Of a stretch of 64,000 nucleotides of DNA, positions 1 through 11,500 are shown in pieces (position 1 is the first letter of the stretch; each line of letters starts with the position of its first letter). The stretch spans positions 1 to 64,000 of the forward strand of contig JAAILG010000199.1 of the NCBI GenBank assembly GCA_012026655.1. Reading direction: 5' to 3'. The stretch comes from Hydrolagus affinis (taxonomy: Eukaryota). A model generated the notes under the pieces. The model was not told the DNA's origin. It searched no databases and saw nothing but the letters and a program-made list of their open reading frames with translations. The translations under genes were made by a program, and so were the position numbers.

Positions 1-32
1 ATTCGGGGCCTATCTCCTCAGGAGGTAAATAT

Positions 33-250
33 CTTTCTCTCTCTGTGTCTCTCACACTCACTCTCTCCATCTCTGTGTTTTTCTGTCTGTGTCTCTGTGT
101 CTCTCTCCTCTCTCACATCCCCCCCATCTCTATCTATCTGTATATTATCACATCCACCCCGTCTCTCCCCCACCCCACCTCCCACCGCCATCCCTCTCTC
201 TGACCACCCCCCCCCCCCTCCCCGGCGTCTCTCTCCCCCGTCACCCCTTG
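33..250. repeat. CT/C-rich low-complexity tract
   Basis: (CT)n-like and poly-C runs; this explains the Pro/Leu/Ser-rich spurious ORF 89..370. Confidence 0.85.
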
Positions 251-476
251 CATAGCTGTATATTGTATTCGAGTGCTACGAATACAATATGGCGGCTTTG
301 CACCTCAGTCTGTGCATTGTGTATAGAGATGAGCATTCTGGGTCTTGTAGTTCAGTGTGCGGCATTCTGATTTTTTACCTCGATATATCGATTTTTCGAT
401 ATATATGCCTATATCGGCGTATTGATATAAAAATTATATCGGGTTTTAGAGATATATCAATATCTACTTGGCACGC
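250..476. mobile_element. Probable end of a non-autonomous DNA transposon (hAT-like subterminal repeats)
   Basis: Clustered CGATAT/ATATCG motifs at 381-463, CpG-rich against a depleted background, plus a 12-bp hairpin at 260-290; the other end is not in the window. Confidence 0.35.
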
Positions 477-2629
477 AAAACAACATGTTTGCTGCCTCTG
501 GTGAAGCATGATACGGCATTGGGGAGTTTAGTTTTTACGTCAAGTAACAAACAAATTCACTGAAAAAAGGCAAGGAAAAAGAAAAAGAACATTTGAATCT
601 CTCAAATTGAAATAACAGGAAGCACACGGACACCAGTCATTCAGCATTGTGAATGATGGCACATCTTCTATGCACATTTACTCGAGTAAAATCTGCCTTT
701 ACAGTACAGCCAGATGTAAACATGCCTCTTAGATGTGAATGAACAATTAGACTATAAGATGTTCAAGTCACTTTGGTAACTTCAATTACTATGCTTGACA
801 GAATTAGATAACCAGGGTGCATCCCAGTGGTGAAAGAGTGTGTTAATCCATTCCAGACACATGTTGATAGCACTATCAGTCAGGTTTAGATACTCCTAAG
901 GGAACATAAAAATACTTTTGCTGAAAATATCCTCCTGAAACCGATATTAGGCCAAAATGATTTCCATTGAAACCTCTGTACACAATTAAATCACTTGGTG
1001 ACTTTAGAGAATGAGATTGTAAAACAAAACAAGCAAAGATAGAAATGTCTAATCAGTTATGATACTGACATTTAAATGATAAATTACATCAAGGAATAGA
1101 GGTATTAGAAAATGTGATTGAGATTACCACAGTGTAAACACATTAATACTTTATGCAAATTCAGAGAAGCATAGTAATGAAAATGTATCAGAACTTTTTT
1201 GGGGTATTCTAAAAGCTGTTCTCTGGTGGTTGTATTAACATTGATCAAATCACTGTGACATTGAGATAAATGAAGGCACAAGAGACATCAGGATTCCAAG
1301 GAAAGATGTAGCAATGCTACAGGGTTGGCCGGCAATGTGAGTGTATGACAGAGAGAGAGAGTTCTGTGCATGCTAAGTGCAGTGGCATCCAACAAAGTAC
1401 TAAAACCTTATGGAAGATAGTCTCAGCGGTGACACAACATCCTGCAAAAAGGGTAGCAGAAGCATATTACCTGTTAATCCATCAAAAAAAACCAGCAGGA
1501 ATTCCTTGATATTCTGCAGTACATGAAAATAGCGCACGGTAACGACTAATGAGTCTTTACTGGTTCACACACACAATCTCTCGTTACCCCCACCTCCCCA
1601 CACAATAAATGGCATCACTACTAACTTAATATTCCTCACAGGTCCCACCATTCCTGAAACAGGTACAATATTGACAGCAGCTTCCTTTCTTGCATGTTAT
1701 ATTTAGGTTGCAGCAAAACATAAAGAAAAGAAGTGAAACTAAAGAAGAACAGATTATGGCATTTTGTGCAAATCTTGTTTATAGTTTGTTTCTTCTGCAG
1801 AGCTGATGTTAGCTTCCTGCCGCTCAGCCCATTCTTTGTAACATAATACGAGCTCATCATTTTTCTGTTTGCATCAGGCCCGAGATCCCTGGGTGAAATT
1901 AACATATTTGACCTTCTGCTCAAGACAAAATTGAGGCCTCAGTGTTACAATAGTTCAAGTGTCAATTACAGATTCTTAATGCCTTTTTAAAGATTTACAT
2001 GTGAAAGCGTTTACTGAAATATGTTGACAGAAATTACGCGTAAAGAAAGAGGCTTCTATCCGGGTGTAACTTGTTAAGGTCACAGAGCTTTAATGAGAGA
2101 GAACATTAGCTAAACATTCTGGAATTCTACTTTGTGTGTTAAATAGGACCAGGGGAGTGGGAGGGAGGAAGAGACAGAATTAATTAAATTGAATAAGCAG
2201 AGAAAAATCCTTGAATTTGAGTGAGATAGAATATAGCATTGTAGTATTAAATAAATGTCTTGGGCCAAGAGTTTGGGGTTTAGCTGCATAGCACTGTAGG
2301 TACAATTGTACCTCTAAATGATCCCCAAATCCCTCACTGCCCTGGGACATCTTTCTGATGTGAAGGGAGCTATCCAAATTAATGTGTTGTTGTCACTGGT
2401 AACTTAAATCAGGAATGTTTGATGTCACGAAAGGGTGATTTTCTTGAGTTAGATAACATATGGAATGGCACCCAGAAAGTGCAGTAATATTTTCCATCAA
2501 GTAAGTCATCTGGTAGAGGTTATGCAATTTTGTCAGACAGTTAGAGAGTATTGGAAAAGGACTTTGTGAGCTTCATGCAAGAAGCGTAGAGATCCTGGGG
2601 GACAGCGGCGAGCACAGATTAAAAGAGGC

Positions 2630-3080
2630 CACGGCACATCTTCTTTGCACATGTCCACCTAGACATCCAGTTCAGAAATGACACTAACAAGATGCAGACT
2701 TTGTTTTGTAATTCGGAAGAAGCAGTTACCATCATAAACCGGAGAGGATTCCTGATTTGAAGCAGCTGGAAGCTTGACCTTTGCCGGCAGAAAGCAAAGG
2801 TGTTAATGGATGTGAGTGCAAGCTTGAGAGCTGCATTGACACAGAGAGCTGAAATGTGCACATGAACTGCTACCTGCTTTTTAAGCTTTCACAGCCATCT
2901 TGTCAGGGGAGCGTATGGTCCAGATCTCTTCAAGCTTGTGGGCAGCCTGTGTGGGGGAGGGCAAGTTCAGTTTGTACTGGAGTTGGAGTGTTTTTCAGTC
3001 CAGCGAGGAAATTAGAATTCAGCTGGCATGATCTATCTACCCAGCGGTTGAAAAACCATGATCGGCTTGCTCAAGGAGGC
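2630..3080 (+). pseudogene. Possible highly decayed PIF/Harbinger transposase fragment
   Basis: Frameshifted motifs in Harbinger order: IINRRGF (2731), DVSA..SCID (~2809-2840), VGEGKFSLYW (2951), FSWHDLSTQ.VE.TMIGLLK (~3018-3075). Manual alignment only. Confidence 0.3.
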
Positions 3081-5457
3081 ACTATCGATATCATGCTCCT
3101 CTTATACCCAATCTCATGAGTGTGTCACTAAATTCCCTGTTAGAACTGATTGGGAAAATGAAGGCAACTGCAGTCATGTACAAGCCTCTTTCACACATTG
3201 GTTTGTGCTATTGTGAATCCTGGTTAAAGCTCCTTCATTGTTTCCTGACAATGTATAAAAGAACTTGTTTCACAGAGGTCATGAAAAGATTATTCTGGGT
3301 AAAGGTCCCTTTGGCTTTTAGTTATCCAACAATAATGTCCAAAATTCAGCAAATAGACTCATCCTAACTGGAGGACTAGACTCTTTTCCTTCCCTGGAGG
3401 GATTTTGAGACACCAGTTTTCAGAGTCTTGGAGGTGTGGTGCCAAGACGCCAACAGAGAGCGTTTGTTAGAGGTAAAGGAGACAGGGAGCATTGAGGTGA
3501 CATGCTCAGTGCACAGTGTAAAATTGCAATAGGTGAAGTGTCACGAGAACACGAACAGCCCGAACGTGTGTTAAATATTTAATGGATTTTTGGGGATAAA
3601 AGCGCTGAAAAAAATAAATTAATTAGTAGGACTGACATTTTTAACTTCTTCCTGTTCATACGTATCAACTCACAGAGTAGGCTGCCATCTAGTGCAATAA
3701 AAACTCACTGGAAAAGGTGAAGCAGAGGAACAAAAGCAACAGGGTCGGGGTGGAACATATAATTGGTCAGATTAGTGAACCATTTTGGTTTTTCGAATGA
3801 TCCAGCAACTTTGTGGACATTTTTTCTGGTGCAAGCTCAAATTTGTAAATTGATGCTGAATTCTAACTGCCTTTGCAACCTTTAGCTTGCTAGTCATGTA
3901 ATATTACCAATACAATAACAACCCCATTCATATTTTAACTGCTCAATTGTATCTGAAAAACAGCTCCATTGCCACACTTGTTTCCATCTTGACCTTGGTG
4001 ATTCACAATTGTGGCATTTAACTTTTCATCTTAAGATTGACATTTTAAGTAGATTTCTTAAAAATATGTGCAAGAGACAAATTTGATCATTTGTTTCACA
4101 GCTATCTAATAATGATAGGTAAACAGATAACAATCATTGTAAAAGTGGATTACAGAGACATTATGGGGTTGTATTGAAATGTATCATGACACATACAGCT
4201 TCACTTCAGCCACAGAAGACAATATTCCAATAAGCAGATCTAGTAATAATAACAATAATAATCCTGCATTTTGACTTACCAAATCCTTATCATGGATCAG
4301 AAAACTGTTTTCAGGAATGGGTTTCCCAAAAGGATACTCAGCAATGTAATTTCTAATTTTATTGCATTTTAAACCTTTTAATAATCAGTCATTTTGAAAC
4401 TGTTATAAAGTAAAATATTCACACCAATAATATTCATCATGCTTTCCGTATATGTGCCCTGGCTCCGTTTAATACTCTTCTGCTTAAATAATTAAACACT
4501 GACTTAGATTAAAACTTAAAATAGAATGAGAAAAAGTCTGAAGACAATGAGTATTAATCCAGACTACTGATATTGCTCCATCACTGTCAATTTAATACAG
4601 TTGGAAATGAAATAACTTTCAATAAATCATAATGCAACTGAATACAAATGAGGTGATGTAGTTCTTTCTTTAAATAGATTGAGTAAATATTCTAAATTTA
4701 TATTCGACATGCTCAAGAATATGAAATATCCTCTGAATAGCAGCTCATACCCCTATGTGAAGATATTTCTACAAATAGTTTAAGCTATTTGGTTTAATAC
4801 ATTCAAGGTAACATGGGTGATTTAACACATTCAATATACTATTTTCCAATTCATTGAATTTAAGTAGGTAAGATTTATAAATAGGCAAGGAAGTGAAAAC
4901 TCTATTAACATCTTGCCACACAATAGACCAGATGTAAAGTTTCTGATTTCAAAAGGATGAATTTAGAATTTTAAGTAATAAATATTTATATTTTATTTTC
5001 AAACTACTGCTGTGCTACTAGTATTCATTCAAAGTTAATTTAGCAAAACTAAATTTACTGATGAATTAAAATAAAATCTTGATTATATATTTCGTGTATT
5101 TTCACAATATGATAACCTATATACATGGATTAGGGATAGAGATAATTTAGAAGTCCCTAAAGAAATAAAAACATTTCAGCTCCAGATTGCTATTCCCGAA
5201 CAACGTTGAGCAAATAAGCTAGCCACTTTCTAAAGGTGGTCATTACTACATAAACATTAGAAATTCACAGTATTAGATCAAGATCACCACATGAACCCTA
5301 GAACATTATGGGTATCAGTACAGAAAACGTGAGGAAGTATGTCACATTTCACAAACTACACTTTTTTTTGTTCTGAGCAACCAGAAATTTAGCTTGGAAA
5401 ATCCTTTTCCCTTGACTATTACAAAGTCCATCCTAATGCTGAAACCTTCTTTGCTTC

Positions 5458-5784
5458 AATAATAATAATAATAATAATAATCCTTGCATTTGATATCGTG
5501 CTTTTCACATCTTCTAGACGTCTCAAAGCGCATCACAGAACATACTGCGGTGAATTGACTTTATTTGTGGGCAAAACGTGGCAACCAATTAATTGCACAC
5601 AGCAGTGTTCCACAACAGTCATAGATTTAAATGACCAATTTTTTATTTTTTTTTTGGACGGATTATTATTAGGCTTGTGGGGTAAAGAAACTCGCTCAAG
5701 GTTTCGCCCTGACCTGCGTGGGTTCGAAACACAGGTCTCATGCTTGTAAGGCGAGTGCTCTAACCACTGAACTACAGGACTCAC
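5458..5784 (-). mobile_element. Full-length tRNA-derived SINE (young family, (ATT)n tail)
   Basis: Minus strand: tRNA-like head with A box TAGTTCAGTGG and B box GTTTCGAACCC, body ending ...GCTTTGAGACGTCTAGAAGATGTGAAAAGCACGATATCAAATGCAAGG(ATT)n; many copies in the window. Confidence 0.9.
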
Positions 5785-5796
5785 AAGGCTATAAAT

Positions 5797-5880
5797 CCAA
5801 CAACAACATTACACATGTATAACTATGTATTTGTAAAGCGCCTTACATGTCTGGAGGACGTCCCCAGACGCTGGACAGTC
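5797..5880 (-). mobile_element. L2-type 3' tail fragment
   Basis: (CAA)n followed by AAAGCGCCTTACATGTCTGGAGGACGTCCCCAGACGCTG, as in the other L2 tails. Confidence 0.7.
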
Positions 5881-6796
5881 ATTACAGTATTCAGCTCTTC
5901 ACATGTTAGCAGGTTTGCTATTACTTAATTTGGTGCAACTCTTCTTTACGTCTCGATTTACTGTTTATCTGGGGCATTTCAGTTATTTTTGTGAAGCACA
6001 CAGTTCAGGCAGCAGAAAGTTTACTAAGACATGATTCGCTAAACTTTTGTGGAGAAAGCATTGGACCTGCAAAAGTGCCAAACAAGGCTAAATGGAGAGG
6101 CTTAGATAACTTGCACATAATGAATCTCATGTCATTTTAAGCAATATTTTACACTTGATTTCCTGCAATTGGCAAATTTGTTGTCGCTGCCGATTAGGAA
6201 CATGTGCTTTGAGGAAGAAAACTCAGTTTTGCAACTTTGTTATTTCTCTTAATACAGGGCAGGCCTGGTGAAAAACATTTGGTTCACAAGATTGAGTCAG
6301 CATTTCACACCGAGATCCTGAAAACTCAGTACAGTGATTGAAAGTGGAGACAGTGATACTACACTATAATTAAAGAAGAAAAAAAGAATGCATTTCTTTT
6401 GCTTTACAATCCAGAACAAAAGTCAGAAAATACTCTATAGGGTGATGTGATAAACAGTTCACTGCAATTTGATGATATGCTCCTATAGTCTTGTGATCAT
6501 ACTGCAAACAGAACAGTTCTGCTCAATACCAATAAAACACATTTACATTTAGATAGCTTGTATTCACAATGGAACAATGTCTTAAAATCTGTTGCGTTAA
6601 ACAGGACAGTCTCTGAAATAGTTTGATCTATAGATGATAATAGGCAACTCGATCGATTTCAATAATGTATCAGGTTCAAAGTCACGTGGGTCAATTAGGA
6701 AAAATTGCCCGCATTTACCTCTGGACTTTAGTTCCCCTTAAATTATAAACAGTGGTGAAGTCTCTCATAGTTTAGTTAAAATTTACAATTTGATGT

Positions 6797-7265
6797 AACA
6801 ACAACAACTTGCAATCTTACAGAGCCCTTTATACAGCGCAGCATCCCAGAGTGCTCGGCCTTTGGTAGAGCACGATACTGAGTTGGTGGGGAGGGGAGGG
6901 GGGGTGGGTAGGTGACCATAGGTACAGTCGAAGAGGAAGGTCTTCAGGTGCAATCTGAATTTGGGAAACGGGGGAGAAGGCGAGGAATAGAAGAAGAGAT
7001 TTCCTGAGTTTTGGAGTGTGGTGACTGAAAGTGCGGCCACCAAATGGTGGAATGGAGGGCATGAAGGATACAGGGGCTGGGGCAAATCAATTGGAGGTAG
7101 TGGGTAGTGAGTTGGGAAGTAAGCAAGTCAGAGAGGTAGGGAAGTGCCAGGGCAAGAAGGGATTTGAAGACAACTTAGAGGGCTTCAATTCGTTTTTGAG
7201 GATCTTGAAATTGATCTGTTCAGTCATCAGAGTCAGTGGAACCTGACTAGAACTGGTGTGTTGGG
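6797..7265 (-). mobile_element. L2-clade LINE 3' fragment
   Basis: Minus-strand frames give GGRTFSHHTPKL, FRLHLKTFLF and INFKIL (L2 ORF2 C-terminus), followed by a (TTG)n tail. Confidence 0.9.
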
Positions 7266-8609
7266 GATTTAGCAATCTTATCAAAAGAAAGCTAGTGAAA
7301 CCTAGCATCAAAGCTTGTAATACAATATTTAATTACTCTTATAATAAGAAAGTTATGTTCAGGGCCAGAGGATGCCACATCAATAAATTTTAAAAATGGT
7401 TATTGCAATAAAAGAAAGTGTCGAAATCTGCTGGAGGACAGACATTCTATTTTCTGTAAATTACTGATTGTAAATTTACCAGACAGTCTTTATGCTTTTA
7501 TATTTTTCATACTGATCTGACATCTTTTCATCTTGCTCTTTATTGCAATTCATAAATTTTGCAATAAATTAGGCATGTTTAGAAGATCTTTTAAATTGCA
7601 GTCTCTAAGCTTTATGCACATCTACATTTTCTTTTACAACCTGTTTTTTCAGTGAAATATTGTTGATAACTGACAACCTTTTGTGAACTGCACTTAAGGA
7701 TATGAATCGAAATGAACAAACTGCAGTATCTCGCCACACAATACTAAGCCTGCATCTATAATTCATCAAAAAGATAGCAACTTTTCTTGATTAAATAATA
7801 AAGACAAAGTGGTGCAAAAGGGAAGGATCAACAAAAATCATTATATTGGATTTCATAATTCCTGCATTTTCCTATATCACCATTCATGTATAAACATCTC
7901 AGTATGCTTGTGTAACAGTATCTGCAACACTATAAAATGCTTTCAAAATTGCTTCATAGCTTACGAACTGATCAGTACTCAGTATAATATACTACAGAAT
8001 CATGGATTTACCTAATCACAAATCCAATGAATGAAACGTGACTATTTTTATATAAAGCAAAAAAAAATATCTTGGCATTTCAACTGGCAACCAAAGATAC
8101 ATTTTCCAGGAGAATATCCACTAGAGCAAACATTGTGGATTATAGTATCCTGAAATTGAGGGCACGGCCTTCTTATCTAAGATGACGGTCAGACAAAGAG
8201 TAGAGGACAAAGTAAATCTACTAACATCAATTTCAACAGAAGTGAAATCGGTTCATGGTTTAACCATTCCATTCAGAGAGAGAAAAAATACACACACAGC
8301 TTCCACCTACGTTCACTTTCAATCAGGTAATCAGACTAAATCAACGTGCTTCATTTTAAATAAGATACAATCACAGATATTGAGGATATTGAGGATGCCC
8401 AACCAGAAGGACATAAATAAGGATACAAAGTTGGGAATAATGAGTCAATTACACCAGCAAGGCAGGCATGCTAATTCACGAGGTCATTGCAAGTGGGTTA
8501 AGAATGTCTATCACCAGAATTGGAAGAGTCAGTTTAGCTGGCTCCAACCTTGAAAGTTCTCTAAACAGAGATTAGGCTTTATATTTACATTATTGAATCT
8601 GCTCTAGGC

Positions 8610-8685
8610 TGTTGTATTTTGTGAAGCGTTTTGAGACTTTGATAAGACGTGGAAAGTGCTATGTAAACTTAAGGATTATTATTAT
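8610..8685 (+). mobile_element. SINE 3' tail fragment
   Basis: GTGAAGCGTTTTGAGAC...AAGGATTATTATTAT matches the young SINE tail. Confidence 0.75.
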
Positions 8686-10344
8686 AGTAGAAAGTCAGGT
8701 AGCTAGCATCAATATTTACATTTACTATTTCATATAAATACCATTCTGATTTACTGAGCACTGATTTATTTTTCCATAATAAATAATTAAGGCAGAAAAG
8801 CATTGATTACTGCAATGCAGTGGTGAGTTCCAGTGTTTACTTTTCTCTAATTTCCATTTATTGTGCCAGTCCTTGTAAAGGGCAAAACACGATGACAAAA
8901 GAAAAGTCACACAGAACATTTCTTTTGTAAAACTAAACTGCATTAGTTGATCAATATAAAAATGAACTGTGCTTTCCTGGAAAACAAATCAATGCCGTCA
9001 ATTACAGAGGACTGTTGAAAGGCTTCATTATTAGCCTGAGAAGTCTACAGAAACGTAGAGGATTACAGAAGAAGGATAAATGAACTGACGTATATGTAAA
9101 GGTGGAAAAACCACAGGAAATAGAACATTCTTCAGGGGACAACCAGAACTGCAAGATACGATAGCTAAAATTCAGAGAGGAAGATATGTCCTCTGAACGC
9201 TGTTGATTTTAGGATTTGACATACACTTTTTGTTTAAAAGCAAACGAACTGTAACCGTCAAATAGGCCAAAAAGGCTTTCTTCACCCTCACTGCTTGTAA
9301 ATGCTCAAGTTACCTAGCAAATGCTAACAGTATTTAATTACTTTTTGCAAAGCTTCTGGCTCAATCTACTTTGTTGTGGTTGATTTGACCAGGAAGTCGA
9401 GTTACTATTTGACTAATAATCTGACTGCGCAGTCAAGTCAACAACACCTCCTTGCACAAGTAACTAAGATCAAATTCTGCTTCAAAGCCTCTTATAAATC
9501 AACTGCCTGAGGCTCACAATTTGCTAACCAACCACTGTCTCCCCAGTTGCATCTGTCCCAGCCCTTTGCTCTAGCTGGGGGAAAACTTCCTTACTTGGCT
9601 TTTCCTAATGTGTTGTGAAAAAGCAATTCTATAAGATTCTGAAATATTTTTTCTATAATAATCCTATATAAAGAAAAGTCAATCTTAAAGCTGTGCTTGC
9701 ACTGCAGACTAATCGAACAAATACCTCAAAGTGTGTTGAATGCTGATGCATGTCCAGTATTCATACGGCATGGGAGTGCAATATGACCTGTTCATAAGTA
9801 TCACATGAATAAAATATGATGCCATTTATTAAAACTCCTTCATTTTATATGAAGTTTTAAATACCTAGTTGTGTTTTTTGGGGGAAGAATTTGGGTGTAG
9901 ACTGTAATGAAACTGAAAAAGCTCCCATGTTTGTCTATTAAATACTACTTTACGGTCAATTCTGAGAAGCTCATTTTGCAATTCGTATGGAGTCTTTCAT
10001 GTTGGGAGGATGTCTGAACGTGCTTCATAGGTTTTACTGTAAAGTATAATGACTGGGTATTTGAAGGTAAATGCGGCAGCCAATTTCCACTCAACAATGT
10101 CCCACTCACAGAAATGAATGTCCACATAATAAACTGAATATCTCACTAGAAACAATGAGTTTCAGTTGTTCTTTCACTCGGGCAAAAGGCCTTCATTAAT
10201 CACTTGTCCCTGTGCCAGTATGAGTTATGAGTCTTTCTCCATTGTGAAAGAGCTGCCATAACTCACTATCATTGGTGAGAGATACCCTTTATTTACTCCT
10301 GATATAAACAATGTCACTAAAATTAGCTGTTTTAACATTGGCGA

Positions 10345-10545
10345 TACAGTCAGGGTAATGTTGGACAAGAGACTCTCTCAATTTGAAGGTCACAAATTAG
10401 AATTTTAGTCTCAAATATAATTTGTATCTGTCTGGTCTTAAGTGCACAAGTATTACAGACTGCCATTGTGGTGCTACTGAAGGAAATATTTCATAGAAAA
10501 AGCAGACCTCTTGAGTCCAATGCTACAATGTTTAAAGGAGAAGAA
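10345..10545 (+). mobile_element. Very degraded DeuSINE-like 5' fragment
   Basis: Weak similarity to the copies at 22756 and 37956. Confidence 0.35.
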
Positions 10546-10839
10546 CTGTAATTAAGTGTTGCAGTGAGAACATACCATTGTTTACTTATCTGAGCAACCT
10601 GAGGTCTGAGGGGCTTGCGATAAATTTCTTCATACAACCACCCACCCCATTAGCAGCTTTTCTTATTCTGCGAGTGTGGCTAGGAACCTACATCTGCGAA
10701 CTCCACGGTGCCTCACACTAGTACTCTGACTGCATTTCTCCCACTTTCAATAAGTAAAAAAGTTAATATTGCATGAAGGCTAGTTTCTAGCAAATGTTGC
10801 AAGCGCATCTATTTGTTTTGTGAGACCAATATCATAACA

Positions 10840-11500
10840 TGGAGTCCTCTAGTGTATTGGTTAGAGCACTCGTCTCGCAGGCAAGAAGTCCCAGGTTTGA
10901 TTCCCGAGCAGGGCAAAACCAAACGACAACAACTTGGATTTATATAGCGTCCTCCATGCCAGATGGCGTCTCAGAACACGTCACAATAGCGGAGTCCCAC
11001 CGAGCCAGGGGGAGGGGGAAGGTGACTGTAGGCGTGGTCAAACAGAAAGGTCTTCAAGCACAATCTGAAAATGGAAAAGGAGGGGGTGAGCCGGAGGGAT
11101 TGAGGGAAGTAGTTCCAGAGTTTTGTGGTATAGTGACTGAAAGCATTCCCACCGATGGTGGAGTGGAGGATTCGGGTGATAAGGAGGAGGCCAGACCCAG
11201 TAGAGTGGAGGCAGCGGGTACTGCTATGGCAACTTTTCTTATTCCACATGTCTTTTAGCAGTAAGTAGGAACCTGGTTGTTAGGCAATTGGCAGATCTCT
11301 TGCTGGGGGTAATAATCCCTTTTTTTAAAAAAAAATGTGGTCACTCAGTCCCCGACTGTTTATGGGATATTACTCTACGCAATTGGCTGTCACATGTCGC
11401 CCACTAAATGCAGTTAATTCAGTTTAGAGTATATAGTATTCTGTGAAATGCTTTGAGATGTTTCAACGACGTAATATCGTGCAATATGATGAATGCGAGG
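10840..11500 (+). mobile_element. tRNA-derived SINE (long subfamily) split by an L2 insertion
   Basis: Head GGAGTCCTCTAGTGTATTGGTTAGAGCAC...GGTTTGATTCC...GGCAAAACC at 10840-10920; body resumes at ~11228 (GGCAACTTTTCTTATTCCAC) and runs to the tail at ~11500. Confidence 0.85.
10921..11222 (-). mobile_element. L2-clade LINE 3' fragment nested in a SINE
   Basis: ORF 10971..11249 reads IGGNAFSHYTTKLWNYFPQSLR...FRLCLKTFLF; (TTG)n tail at 10921. Confidence 0.9.

Noticed and set aside
5705-5784. tRNA gene (also 10840-10920, 57005-57065 and 61705-61772)
   Set aside because: These are SINE heads: attached to a SINE body and tail, with poor acceptor stems and anticodons that vary between copies
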